Below are positions 50,659 to 60,394 of a DNA stretch of 64,000 nucleotides, piece by piece. The translations under genes were made by a program, and so were the position numbers. The stretch is from Candidatus Fervidifonticultor secundus. Lineage in GTDB: Bacteria > Sysuimicrobiota > Sysuimicrobiia > Sysuimicrobiales > Humicultoraceae. Below the pieces are notes generated by a model. The model made no database searches and was not told the origin of the DNA. It saw nothing but the letters and a program-made list of their open reading frames with translations. The first letter of the stretch is position 1, and each line of letters opens with the position of its first letter. The stretch lies in assembly GCA_031459385.1 (NCBI GenBank), contig JAVKIP010000008.1, forward strand, positions 64,001 through 128,000, in the 5' to 3' direction.

Positions 50659-51762
50659 GTGGCGCTCCGCACCGAAGAGCTCATGCTCAACATGGGACCG
50701 CAGCACCCCAGCACCCACGGGGTGCTGCGGCTGGTCGTGACCCTCGACGGCGAGAACATCGTGGAGGTGCAGCCCGACATCGGGTACCTCCACTCGTCGG
50801 TCGAGAAGATGATGGAGTACCGCACCTACCTCCAGAACGTGGCGCTCACCGACCGGGGCATGGACTACCTGAGCGCGCTGGCCAACGAGGAGGCCTTCCT
50901 CCTGGCGGTCGAGCGCCTGGGCGGGATCGAGGTCCCGCCCAGGGCCCGGTGGATCCGCACGATCATGCTGGAGTTCCAGCGCATCGCCAGCCACCTGGTG
51001 TGGCTGGGCACCTGGGCCATCGACCTGGGCGCCACCACCGTCTTCCTCTACTGCTTCCGCGAGCGCGAGAAAATCCTCGACCTCTTCGAGCAGGCCTCGG
51101 GCGGCCGATTGCACCATGTCTACTTCCGGCCCGGTGGCGTCTACGAGGACCTGCCGGCGGGCTGGACCGACCGGGCCCTGGCGTTCTGCGCCGAGTTCCC
51201 CGGCCACCTCCAGGAGTACCACGACCTGCTGACCGGCAACCCGATCTTCCAGGTCCGTACGCAGGGCGTCGGCGTCCTGCCCCGGGAGGTTGCCGTGGCC
51301 ATGGGCGCGTGCGGCCCGGTGGCCCGGGCCTCGGGGGTGGCCTTCGACGTGCGCCGGGCCTTCCCGTACGAAGCCTACGCGGACGTCGACTTCGACGTGC
51401 CGGTCTTCCCCGATGGCGACTGCTGGGCCCGCTACCTGGTGCGCATGGAGGAGATGCGGCAGTCGGTGCGCATCATCGAGCAGGCCATCGCCACGCTGCC
51501 CCCGGGCGAGATCCGCAGCAAGGTGCAGGTCACGGTCAAGCTGCCCCGGGGCGAGGTCTACGCCCGCACCGAGTCGCCGCGCGGCGACCTGGGCGTCTAC
51601 CTGGTGAGCAACGGCGACGATACGCCCTACCGCGTGAAGATCCGGGCGCCCTCGTTCTCGAACCTCTTTGCCCTCACGGAGATGATGCGCGGCTGGAAAG
51701 TGGCCGACGTCATTGCGATTCTCGGCAGCGTGGACATCGTGCTGTCCGACGTGGACCGGTGA
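50659..51762 (+). CDS. nuoD: NADH-quinone oxidoreductase subunit D
   Basis: NMGPQHPSTHGVLRL, GYLH, ESPRG, C-terminal DVDR; no CxxC Ni ligands. Confidence 0.93.
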   Translation: MALRTEELMLNMGPQHPSTHGVLRLVVTLDGENIVEVQPDIGYLHSSVEKMMEYRTYLQNVALTDRGMDYLSALANEEAFLLAVERLGGIEVPPRARWIRTIMLEFQRIASHLVWLGTWAIDLGATTVFLYCFREREKILDLFEQASGGRLHHVYFRPGGVYEDLPAGWTDRALAFCAEFPGHLQEYHDLLTGNPIFQVRTQGVGVLPREVAVAMGACGPVARASGVAFDVRRAFPYEAYADVDFDVPVFPDGDCWARYLVRMEEMRQSVRIIEQAIATLPPGEIRSKVQVTVKLPRGEVYARTESPRGDLGVYLVSNGDDTPYRVKIRAPSFSNLFALTEMMRGWKVADVIAILGSVDIVLSDVDR

Positions 51763-51777
51763 CCGGGGAGCGAGACG

Positions 51778-52281
51778 ATGCAGGAGTCAACGCATAGCAA
51801 CGGCGCGTCGCTGGCCGCGCGGGCCTGGCAGGCGGTGGAGGGCCTGCTCACCGGGCTCCGGGTGACGTGGCGGGCGCTGGTGGGCCCCAAGAACACCGTC
51901 ATGTACCCCGTGCAGAAGGTGGACGTCGCCCCGCGCTGGCACGGGCTGCTGGCCCTGCCGGTGGATCCCGAGATCGGGAGCGACAAGTGCATCATCTGCT
52001 TCCAGTGCGAGCGCGTCTGCCCCGACCGCTGCATCCACATCGAGGCGACCGGTCGCGGCAAGGACCGCGTGCTCACCCGCTTCGACATCGAGATGGACAA
52101 GTGCTGCTACTGCGGCCTGTGCGTGGAGGTCTGCCCCACGGAGGCCATCGTCTTCGTGCCGCACTACGAGACCAGCACCTACAACCGCGCCACCCTGCTC
52201 TACACCCTGGACGACCTGCGGCGGGCAGCGCCCAAGGAGCCGATCGCGCGGGGCGTGATCCGCCTGGGAGGGCGCGCGTGA
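51778..52281 (+). CDS. nuoI: NADH-quinone oxidoreductase subunit I
   Basis: Two CxxCxxCxxxCP motifs. Confidence 0.9.
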   Translation: MQESTHSNGASLAARAWQAVEGLLTGLRVTWRALVGPKNTVMYPVQKVDVAPRWHGLLALPVDPEIGSDKCIICFQCERVCPDRCIHIEATGRGKDRVLTRFDIEMDKCCYCGLCVEVCPTEAIVFVPHYETSTYNRATLLYTLDDLRRAAPKEPIARGVIRLGGRA

Positions 52282-52898
52282 GCTGGGCACTGGTGGAGGA
52301 ACTGCAGCGCCGCTTCCCGGAGGTGGAACCGTTCCCGCGCCCGCACGCCCCGCAGGCCGACGAGCAGCCGGCACAAACAAGACCCGGGGCGGCGCCGGGG
52401 CGCCCCGCGCCGGCGCGGGCGCACGGCGACTCCAAAGCCTTCCACCACCACACGCCGGGCGCGTGGGTGCCGGCGGAGCGGCTGCTGGAGATCGCGCGCA
52501 CGCTGCGCGATGCTGCGCCGTTCCACCTCGACTACTGCTCCTTCGTCTCCGCGGTGGACTGGCCGGCGGAAGGCATCTTCGAGGTCACCTACCACCTGTT
52601 CTCCATGGCCCGGCGCCACGAGCTGCTGCTGAAGGTAAAGGTGCCGCGGGGGACGCCCGTGGTGCCCAGCGTCACCGGCATCTGGCGTGGCGCTGACTGG
52701 CACGAGCGCGAGACCTACGACCTGTTCGGCATCGTCTTCGAAGGCCATCCGGACCTGCGCCGCATCATGATGACGGACGACTGGAGCGGGCATCCGCTGC
52801 GCAAGGACTACGTCTACGAAGATCCCCGCTGGCTGGTCGACCTGGCTACCCAGCGCCAGCGGGAGATCGAGGGGCTCGGCCTTGGCGAGCGGGCGTAG
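52278..52898 (+). CDS. nuoC: NADH-quinone oxidoreductase subunit C
   Basis: WHERETYDLFGIVFEGHPDLRRI...GHPLRKDY; GTG overlaps nuoI stop. Confidence 0.92.
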   Translation: MSWALVEELQRRFPEVEPFPRPHAPQADEQPAQTRPGAAPGRPAPARAHGDSKAFHHHTPGAWVPAERLLEIARTLRDAAPFHLDYCSFVSAVDWPAEGIFEVTYHLFSMARRHELLLKVKVPRGTPVVPSVTGIWRGADWHERETYDLFGIVFEGHPDLRRIMMTDDWSGHPLRKDYVYEDPRWLVDLATQRQREIEGLGLGERA

Positions 52899-53013
52899 CC
52901 GACCCCGCGTCACCTGGCGGCGCCCCGGCCTGCGACCGGGGCGCTCGCGCTTGGGCGCATCCCTGACGCGATCTTTACGGACGGCTGGTAGGATGCGTCT
53001 GGAGGTGGCGCGC

Positions 53014-54585
53014 ATGCGACAGCCGGGGGAAGCGAGGGGCGCGCTGGCCGGCGCCCTGGCGGGCGCGGTGCTGGTATGGGGGCTGGTGGCGGGCTGGGGC
53101 ACCGGGGGCCTGCCGGTGGTGGCCGGCGCGCTCTGGGAGCGGGCCGTGCGGCTGCTCCCCATGGAGGTCTTCGGGTTCCTCATCGTGCGGTTCAAGTTCG
53201 CGGCGAAGCCCCTGGGGTTCTGGGCGCTGATGCTGGCCGTGGTGGTCGGGGCGGCTGCGGCGGGCGGCCTGTGGGCCCGGCGGCCACGGGGTCCGGTGCC
53301 ATCGCTGGCGGTGGCGTTCGTGGTCGTGGCCGCGGCGCTCGGGCTCGCGGCCTGGCAGCCGGCGGTGACCCTGCTGAGCGCGCGGCTGGCGGCCGAGGGC
53401 GTGCTGGCGCCAGAGGCCGCGGCAGCGCGCGCGGTGGCGGCCACAGTGGTCGCCCTCGCAGCCCTGACCGCCGCGGTGTTCACAGCCCTCCTGACGGTCC
53501 TGCTGCGGCGGCCGGCGGCAGCCTCGCTGCACCTGCCTCCCGGAGCCGCAGCGGTGAGCCGGCGCCACTTCCTCGCGCGCTCGGTCGCCCTGGCGGCGGC
53601 CCTGACCGGCGCCGCGGCGGCGGCGCAGTGGGTGACCGCGCGGGCGGCGCACGCGGCGGCGGCAGTCTCGTCGCTCTTCCGGCGGCTCAAGGGGCTGCCA
53701 CCCGAGGTGACCCCCACCGACAGGTTCTACGTGGTCAGCAAGAACCCGCCGGGCCTCGATCCCCGGCTGGACGCGTCGCGCTGGCGCCTGGAGATCACCG
53801 GCCTGGTGGCGAAGCCCGTGGTGCTGACCTACGAGCAGATCAAGGCGCTGCCCGCGGTGGAGCGCTACCACACCCTGGAGTGTATCAGCAACGAGGTGGG
53901 CGGCGAACTGATCGGCAACGCCAGGTGGAAGGGCGTGCGCTTCCGCGACCTCATCGCGCTGGCCGGTGGGGTGAGCCCGAAGGCGGTGCGCTTCGCGCTG
54001 CGCTGCGCCGACGGGTACAGCGAAGGGCTGGGCGTCGCCGACGCGCTGCACCCCGATACGATGCTGGCCTACGAGATGAACGGCGAGCCGCTGCCGCCCG
54101 CCCACGGCTTCCCGGTGCGGCTGCTGGTGCCCGGGCTCTTCGGCATGAAGAACCCCAAGTGGGTGACGAAGATCGAGGCGGTCTCCACCCACTTCACGGG
54201 CTACTGGCAGGCCTCGGGCTGGAGCGACGAGGCCGTGGTGAAGACGACGTCGATGTTCCGAGTGCCTGCGGGCCGGACCGCCGCCCGCGCGCCGGACGGC
54301 GCCGTCGAGCTCGGCGGCGTGGCCTACGCTGGCGACCGCGGGATCGTCCACGTCGAGGTGAGCGCCGACGACGGCAAGACGTGGATGAGAGCGGAGGTCG
54401 CCCCGCCGCTGGGCAAGTACACCTGGGTGCTGTGGGCGGCGCTGTGGACGCCGACGGGTCCCGCCACCTACACCCTGAAGGTGCGGGCGCGCGACGGCAC
54501 TGGCGTACTGCAGACGGCACAGGAGGCGCCCACGCTGCCCGACGGCGCCAGCGGCTACCACACGATCCGGGTGCGCGTGCGGTGA
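53014..54585 (+). CDS. Membrane-anchored molybdopterin oxidoreductase (sulfite oxidase family)
   Basis: N-terminal TM helices; TLECISN, MNGEPLPPAHGFPVRLLVPGLFGMKNPKW; Ig-like C-domain; start may be 52993. Confidence 0.88.
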   Translation: MRQPGEARGALAGALAGAVLVWGLVAGWGTGGLPVVAGALWERAVRLLPMEVFGFLIVRFKFAAKPLGFWALMLAVVVGAAAAGGLWARRPRGPVPSLAVAFVVVAAALGLAAWQPAVTLLSARLAAEGVLAPEAAAARAVAATVVALAALTAAVFTALLTVLLRRPAAASLHLPPGAAAVSRRHFLARSVALAAALTGAAAAAQWVTARAAHAAAAVSSLFRRLKGLPPEVTPTDRFYVVSKNPPGLDPRLDASRWRLEITGLVAKPVVLTYEQIKALPAVERYHTLECISNEVGGELIGNARWKGVRFRDLIALAGGVSPKAVRFALRCADGYSEGLGVADALHPDTMLAYEMNGEPLPPAHGFPVRLLVPGLFGMKNPKWVTKIEAVSTHFTGYWQASGWSDEAVVKTTSMFRVPAGRTAARAPDGAVELGGVAYAGDRGIVHVEVSADDGKTWMRAEVAPPLGKYTWVLWAALWTPTGPATYTLKVRARDGTGVLQTAQEAPTLPDGASGYHTIRVRVR

Positions 54586-54684
54586 CGCCCCCGCGCCGGC
54601 AGGAATTCCCCGACGGGCCTCCGTCCCGCACCGGACTCGCCCCGGTTGCCATGTCGTCGAGCCTGTGCACGCTGGGAGGGCGGC

Positions 54685-56082
54685 GTGTCGAACGCCTATG
54701 ATCTGATCGTCATCGGTGGCGGGCCCGCCGGCTACATCGGCGCCGTGCGGGCCGCGCAGCTCGGCCTGCGCACCGCGCTCGTGGAGCGCGACAAGCTGGG
54801 CGGGATCTGCACCCACTGGGGCTGCATTCCCACCAAGGTCCTCCTGCACACGGCGGAGCTCGTCGAGCGCCTGAAGCACGCCGAGGCGCTAGGGCTGGAC
54901 GGCGGCCCGCTCACCGTTAACTACGAGCGGCTGCAGCAGCGCAAGGCGGAGGTGGTCGAGCGGATCCACCGGGGCGTGCAGTACCTGATGCGCAAGCACA
55001 AGATCGATGTCTTCTACGGCACCGGACGCTTCGAACGGGCCGGTCGCGTGACGGTGGCGCTCAACGACGGCTCGGAGACGGTGCTGGACGGCGCCCATGT
55101 GCTGGTGGCGACCGGCTCGGTGCCGCGCGGCCTCCCCGGCCTCCCGGTCGACAACCGGCGTATCCTGGACAGCAGCGGCGCGCTGCTGCTGGCCGCCCCG
55201 CCGCGCGCCATCGTGATCGTGGGTTCGGGCGCCGTAGGCGTGGAGTTCGCGAGCCTCTTCGCCGCCCTGGGTAGCCAGGTGACCCTGGTCGAACTGCTGC
55301 CGACGCTGCTGCCGCTGGAAGACGAGGAGATCGGCCGGGGGCTGGAGCGCGTCTTCACCCGCAAGGGGATCGCGGTCCACACGGGCACGACGGCCACGCG
55401 GGCGACCCCGCGCGGCGACCGCCTGGCCGTCGCCCTGGCCCGCGGCGACCAGACCCAGGAGGTCGAAGCCGACTACGTGCTGGTCGCGGTGGGCCGCGCG
55501 CCGCTGGTGGAGGGGCTGCAGCTGGAGGCTGCGGGCGTGGCGGTCGAGCAGGGGGCCATCGTCGTGGACGAGGCGTTCCGCACCTCGGTGCCGACAGTCT
55601 ACGCGGTGGGCGACTGCATCGCCCGGCCCTACCGGCTGGCCCACGTGGCCTCCGACGAGGCCATGCACGCCGTCGAGACGATCGCCGGCGTCGAGCACGC
55701 GCCCGTCAACTACCAGGCCGTACCCCGCCCGACGTTCTCGATCCCGCAGGTGGCCACCGTCGGGCTCTCCGAGCGCCAGGCCACCGAGGCCGGCTACGAC
55801 GTCAGGGTCGGGCGCTTCGTCTTCCAGGCCAACAGCAAAGCGGTCATCGAGGGCGAGCGCGACGGGTTCGTCAAGATCGTCACCGACGCGCGGACCGGGG
55901 AGGTCCTGGGCGTGCACATGCTGGGGCCCGCGGTGACGGAACTGCTGGCGGAAGGCGTTGCCGTCAAGTATCTTGAAGGTACAGCGGTGGAGCTGGGCGG
56001 GGCGGTGCACTCGCACCCGACGCTCTCGGAAGCGGTCCGGGAGGCCGCCCTGGACGCACTGGGCCGGGTGCTGAACGCCTGA
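54685..56082 (+). CDS. lpdA: Dihydrolipoamide dehydrogenase (E3)
   Basis: GGGPAG, GGICTHWGCIPTK, HSHPTLSE. Confidence 0.95.
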   Translation: MSNAYDLIVIGGGPAGYIGAVRAAQLGLRTALVERDKLGGICTHWGCIPTKVLLHTAELVERLKHAEALGLDGGPLTVNYERLQQRKAEVVERIHRGVQYLMRKHKIDVFYGTGRFERAGRVTVALNDGSETVLDGAHVLVATGSVPRGLPGLPVDNRRILDSSGALLLAAPPRAIVIVGSGAVGVEFASLFAALGSQVTLVELLPTLLPLEDEEIGRGLERVFTRKGIAVHTGTTATRATPRGDRLAVALARGDQTQEVEADYVLVAVGRAPLVEGLQLEAAGVAVEQGAIVVDEAFRTSVPTVYAVGDCIARPYRLAHVASDEAMHAVETIAGVEHAPVNYQAVPRPTFSIPQVATVGLSERQATEAGYDVRVGRFVFQANSKAVIEGERDGFVKIVTDARTGEVLGVHMLGPAVTELLAEGVAVKYLEGTAVELGGAVHSHPTLSEAVREAALDALGRVLNA

Positions 56083-56163
56083 CCCGACCACCCCCGCCGG
56101 GCGCACGACGCCCGGCCGGGTGCAGGGAACCGACTCTGCACAGGCCTCGAGGGGGGCGAGGAG

Positions 56164-57186
56164 ATGGGCGACCGAGACCTGCAAACCGCGGCCGCGCAGG
56201 CCCGGCACGTCGCGCTGGGCCTCTCCGACGACGACGTGCTCCACATGTACCACACGCTGGCGCTGGCCCGCGCCATCGACGAGCGGATGTGGGTGTTGCA
56301 GCGGGCCGGCCTGGTGCCCTTCGTGATCTCGGGCCAGGGGCACGAGGGCGCCCAGGTCGGCGTGATGTGGGCCACCGACCGCGCGCGCGACTGGCTGGTG
56401 CCGTTCTACCGCTCGCTGGCCGCGTGCCTCGCCAAGGGGATGTCACCCCGGGACCTGATGCTGGGGCTCTTCGCGCGCGCGGAGGATCCTTCCAGCGGCG
56501 GCCGGCAGATGCCCGCGCACTGGGCGCACCCGAAGCTCAAGATCCTGTCCACCAGCAGCCCCGTGGGCACCCAGTACCTGCACGCGGTGGGTATCGCCTA
56601 CGCGGCGAAGCTGCGCGCGACGGGAGAGATCTGCGTGACCTCCGTCGGGGAGGGCGGCACCAGCCAGGGTGACTGGCACGAGGCGATGAACTTCGCCGGC
56701 ATCCACCGGCTGCCGGTGGTCTTTATGGTCGAGAACAACCGCTACGCGATCTCGGTGCCGCAGCGGCTGCAGATGGCCGTGGACGACGTCGCGGTGCGCG
56801 CCGCCGGCTACGGCTTCCCGGGGGTCGTTGTGGACGGCTCGGACGTGCTGGCGTGCTACGAGGCGGGCCGCGAGGCGGTGCGGCGGGCCAGGGCCGGCGA
56901 AGGCCCCACGCTCATCGAGGCCAAGGTCGAGCGCCTCACCGCCCATTCGTCCGAGGACCGGCAGGAGAAGTACCGGCCCACGGCCGACGTCGAGGCCGCC
57001 CGGAGCCGCGACCCGCTCGTGGTCTTCAAACATTACCTGGAGCAGGTGGGCGTGCTGGACGAACGGCGCTACACCGAGATCCACGCCCGGATCCGCCGCG
57101 AGGTCGACGCGGCCACCGAGTACGCCGAGCAGGCACCGTGGCCCGATCCCGGCACGGTCACCCGGCACGTCTACTTCGAGGCGTAG
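56164..57186 (+). CDS. Branched-chain 2-oxoacid dehydrogenase E1 alpha
   Basis: ISGQGHEGAQ, SGGRQMPAH, GEGGTSQGDWHE...ENNRYAIS. Confidence 0.88.
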   Translation: MGDRDLQTAAAQARHVALGLSDDDVLHMYHTLALARAIDERMWVLQRAGLVPFVISGQGHEGAQVGVMWATDRARDWLVPFYRSLAACLAKGMSPRDLMLGLFARAEDPSSGGRQMPAHWAHPKLKILSTSSPVGTQYLHAVGIAYAAKLRATGEICVTSVGEGGTSQGDWHEAMNFAGIHRLPVVFMVENNRYAISVPQRLQMAVDDVAVRAAGYGFPGVVVDGSDVLACYEAGREAVRRARAGEGPTLIEAKVERLTAHSSEDRQEKYRPTADVEAARSRDPLVVFKHYLEQVGVLDERRYTEIHARIRREVDAATEYAEQAPWPDPGTVTRHVYFEA

Positions 57187-57201
57187 GCGGAGGAGCGCGC
57201 C

Positions 57202-58191
57202 ATGCCGGAGCTGCGGCTGCTCGACGCGATCCGCGAGGCCATGTACGAGGAGATGAAGCGCGACGCGCGCGTCGTGGTGCTCGGCGAGGACGTGGGGCCC
57301 AAGGGCGGGGTCTTCGGCGCCACCGACGGCTTCGCCGCCGAGTTCGGGGACGCGCGGGTGCTGGACACGCCGCTGGCCGAGTCCACTATCGTGGGCGCCG
57401 CCATCGGCATGGCCGTCAACGGCCTCATCCCCATCGCCGAGATCCAGTTCTCCGACTTCATCTTTCCGGCGACCAACCAGATCGTGAGCGAGGCAGCGCG
57501 CATGCGCTACCGCAGCAACGGGGCGTTCGGGTGCCCTATCGTCATCCGCGCGCCCTACGGCGGCGGAGTGGAGGTGCACGGCGGCCTGTACCACTCCCAG
57601 AGCATCGAAGCGTTCTTCAGCCACGTCCCGGGGCTCAAGGTCGTGGCGCCGTCGACACCCTACGACGCCAAGGGGTTACTGAAGGCCGCGATTCGCGACC
57701 CCGACCCGGTGCTGTACCTGGAGCACAAGCGGCTCTACCGCGCCGTCCGCGGCGAGGTGCCCGACGCCGACTACGTGGTGCCCATCGGCCTGGCCGTCGT
57801 GCGCCGGCCGGGGACTACCCTGTCGCTGTTCGCCTACGGCCAGATGCTGCACGATGCGCTGGCCGTCGCGGCGGAGGTGGCTGGCGAGGGGATCGACGTC
57901 GAGGTGGTCGACCTGCAGACGCTGCGGCCGCTGGACGTCGAGACGATCCTGGCCTCGGTTCGGAGGACGAACAAGGCCCTGATCGTCTACGAAGACAACC
58001 GGTTCATGGGCTTCGGCGCCGAGGTGGCGGCCCTCATCGCCGAGGAGGCGTTCGACGCGCTGGACGGGCCGGTGATGCGCGTGGCCGGGCTCGACGTCCC
58101 GGCGGTGCCCTACGCCGACCCCCTGGCCGCGGCGTTCATGCCCTCCCGGGCCAAGATCGCCGACGCCGTCCGGCGTCTGGCCGCGTACTGA
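57202..58191 (+). CDS. Branched-chain 2-oxoacid dehydrogenase E1 beta
   Basis: GEDVG..GGVF, DTPLAES, HGGLYHSQS, EHKRLY. Confidence 0.88.
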   Translation: MPELRLLDAIREAMYEEMKRDARVVVLGEDVGPKGGVFGATDGFAAEFGDARVLDTPLAESTIVGAAIGMAVNGLIPIAEIQFSDFIFPATNQIVSEAARMRYRSNGAFGCPIVIRAPYGGGVEVHGGLYHSQSIEAFFSHVPGLKVVAPSTPYDAKGLLKAAIRDPDPVLYLEHKRLYRAVRGEVPDADYVVPIGLAVVRRPGTTLSLFAYGQMLHDALAVAAEVAGEGIDVEVVDLQTLRPLDVETILASVRRTNKALIVYEDNRFMGFGAEVAALIAEEAFDALDGPVMRVAGLDVPAVPYADPLAAAFMPSRAKIADAVRRLAAY

Positions 58192-58203
58192 GGGCGGCGT
58201 CCG

Positions 58204-59469
58204 ATGCCGGTCGAGATCAAGCTACCGCAGCTGGGGGAGAGCATTCACGAAGGCACCATCGCCCGGTGGCTCAAGCAGCCTGGGGACCGGGTCGCGAAGT
58301 ACGAGCCGCTGGTGGAGATTACCACCGACAAGGTCAACGTGGAGATGCCCTCACCGGTGGCCGGGATGCTGGTCGCCCTCCTGGTGCCGGAAGGTGAGAC
58401 ACGGCCGGTGGGGTCGCCGATCGCGCTGGTGGAACTGGAGGGCGCGGCGGCGACGGAGGGCGCGGCGGCCGCGGACGCCAGACAGGCCCAGGGCCCCGGG
58501 CGGGAAGCCCCGGCGACGCCCGCTGCCGGGGCCGGCATGCCGGCGCCCGCGGCGGCGTCCCCGACCGCCGCGCGCGACCGCGGCGGGGCGCGTCTGTCGC
58601 CGCTGGTGCTGCGCCTGGCCCGCGAGCACGGCATCCCGCTCGGCGTGCTCGAGACCCTGCCCGGCTCGGGCGCTGGCGGCCGCGTGACGAAGGACGACGT
58701 GCTCCGCTACGTCGCGCAGCGGGCGGCGGCGCCCGCCGCCGGCATCGCCGCGCCCGCACCCGCGCCGGCGCCGGGGGCGCCATCGGGCGACCGGCTGGTG
58801 AAGCTCACGCCGATCCGGCGTGCCATCGCCCAGCGCATGGCGCAGAGCAAGCGCGAGATCCCCCACGCCTACGGCGTGATCGAAGTGGACATGAGCGCCG
58901 TGGTGGCATGGCGCGAGGCCCACAAAGAGGCCTGGCGGCGCGAGGGGGTGCCCCTGACCTACACCGCCTTTTTCATCCGGGCGGCCGTGGACGCCCTGCG
59001 CGCCTACCCGGTCGTGAATGCTGCCTGGACCGACGAGGGCATCCTGCTGCGTGGGACGATCAACATCGGCGTGGGCATCGCCATCGACGACGGGCTCGTG
59101 GTGCCGGTGCTCCGCGAGGCCGACCGGCTCAGCCTGCGCGGCGTGGCCGCGGCGCTCGACGACCTGACGCGCCGGGCGCGCGCCGGCCAGCTGACGCTGG
59201 ACGACATCCAGGGCGGCACCTTCACCATCACCAACCCCGGAGTCTTCGGGTCGATCTGGTCGATGCCGATCATCGTCCCGGGCCAGGCGGCGATCCTCGC
59301 CACCGACGCCATCGTCAAGCGCGCGGTGGTCCGCGACGACGCCATCGCCATCCGGCCGATCATGCACCTGGGGCTGTCGTTCGACCATCGCGTCTTCGAC
59401 GGTGCCGTCGGCATGCAGTTCCTCCAGCACCTGAAGGCCTGGTTCGAGGGGTTCCGCGATGCCGGGTGA
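58204..59469 (+). CDS. Branched-chain 2-oxoacid dehydrogenase E2
   Basis: PQLGES, TTDKV lipoyl site, SFDHRVFDG. Confidence 0.88.
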   Translation: MPVEIKLPQLGESIHEGTIARWLKQPGDRVAKYEPLVEITTDKVNVEMPSPVAGMLVALLVPEGETRPVGSPIALVELEGAAATEGAAAADARQAQGPGREAPATPAAGAGMPAPAAASPTAARDRGGARLSPLVLRLAREHGIPLGVLETLPGSGAGGRVTKDDVLRYVAQRAAAPAAGIAAPAPAPAPGAPSGDRLVKLTPIRRAIAQRMAQSKREIPHAYGVIEVDMSAVVAWREAHKEAWRREGVPLTYTAFFIRAAVDALRAYPVVNAAWTDEGILLRGTINIGVGIAIDDGLVVPVLREADRLSLRGVAAALDDLTRRARAGQLTLDDIQGGTFTITNPGVFGSIWSMPIIVPGQAAILATDAIVKRAVVRDDAIAIRPIMHLGLSFDHRVFDGAVGMQFLQHLKAWFEGFRDAG

Positions 59470-60364
59470 TGGCGCCCGGCGCCCCGCGTGGCTGAAGGTC
59501 CGGCTGCCGGGCGGTCCCGACTACGCCGACCTGGTGGGCATCATGCGCACGCAGCAGATGCACACGGTCTGCGAGGAGGCCCGCTGCCCCAACATCGGCG
59601 AGTGCTGGGGGCGCCGGACCGCCACCTTCCTCATCCTGGGCAACGTCTGCACGCGGAACTGCGCCTACTGCGCCGTCGCCCACGGCCTGCCCACCGAGCT
59701 GGACCGCGCCGAGCCGGCCCGGCTGGCCGCCGCCGTGGCGGCCATGGGCCTGCGCCACGCCGTGGTCACCTCGGTGAACCGCGACGACCTGGCCGACGGC
59801 GGCGCGGCGATCTACGCCGAGACGATCCGGCAGATCCACCGGCGCGTGCCTGCGTGCACCGTCGAGGTGCTCGTTCCCGACTTCAAGGGCGATCCCGAGG
59901 CGCTGCGCACGGTACTGGAGGCCAACCCCGAGATCCTGGGGCACAACATCGAGGCGCCCCGGCGCATCTTCGCCGTCGTGCGCGCCGGCGGCGATTACGA
60001 CCGGTCCCTGACCCTGCTCCGCCGCGCCAAGGAGTGGGGCTACACCTCGTTCACCAAGAGCAGCATCATCCTGGGCATGGGCGAGACGCCCGACGAGGTC
60101 CTGGAGACGATGGACGACCTGCGCGCCGTGGACGTCGACGTCCTGACGTTGGGCCAGTACCTGCGCCCTGGCCCGGGCTACCACCCCATCGACCGCTACT
60201 ACACCCCCGAGGAGTTTGCGTGGCTGAAAGACGAGGGGCTGCGGCGGGGGTTCCGCTACGTCGAAGCCGGCCCGCTGGTGCGGTCGTCGTACCGGGCCGA
60301 CGTGCAGGCCCAGGCCGTGCGGGCGTACCGCGCGCGCCTGGGGGCGGTGTCGGCGGCCGATTGA
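59459..60364 (+). CDS. lipA: Lipoyl synthase
   Basis: CEEARCPNIGEC, CTRNCAYC, PLVRSSY. Confidence 0.96.
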   Translation: MPGDGARRPAWLKVRLPGGPDYADLVGIMRTQQMHTVCEEARCPNIGECWGRRTATFLILGNVCTRNCAYCAVAHGLPTELDRAEPARLAAAVAAMGLRHAVVTSVNRDDLADGGAAIYAETIRQIHRRVPACTVEVLVPDFKGDPEALRTVLEANPEILGHNIEAPRRIFAVVRAGGDYDRSLTLLRRAKEWGYTSFTKSSIILGMGETPDEVLETMDDLRAVDVDVLTLGQYLRPGPGYHPIDRYYTPEEFAWLKDEGLRRGFRYVEAGPLVRSSYRADVQAQAVRAYRARLGAVSAAD

Positions 60365-60394
60365 CGCGGACGGGCCGCAGCAGGGCCCGCGCCG

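Noticed and set aside
50080..52898. Group 4 [NiFe]-hydrogenase
   Set aside because: The large subunit lacks both CxxC Ni-binding motifs and has NuoD quinone-site motifs; no maturation genes are present.
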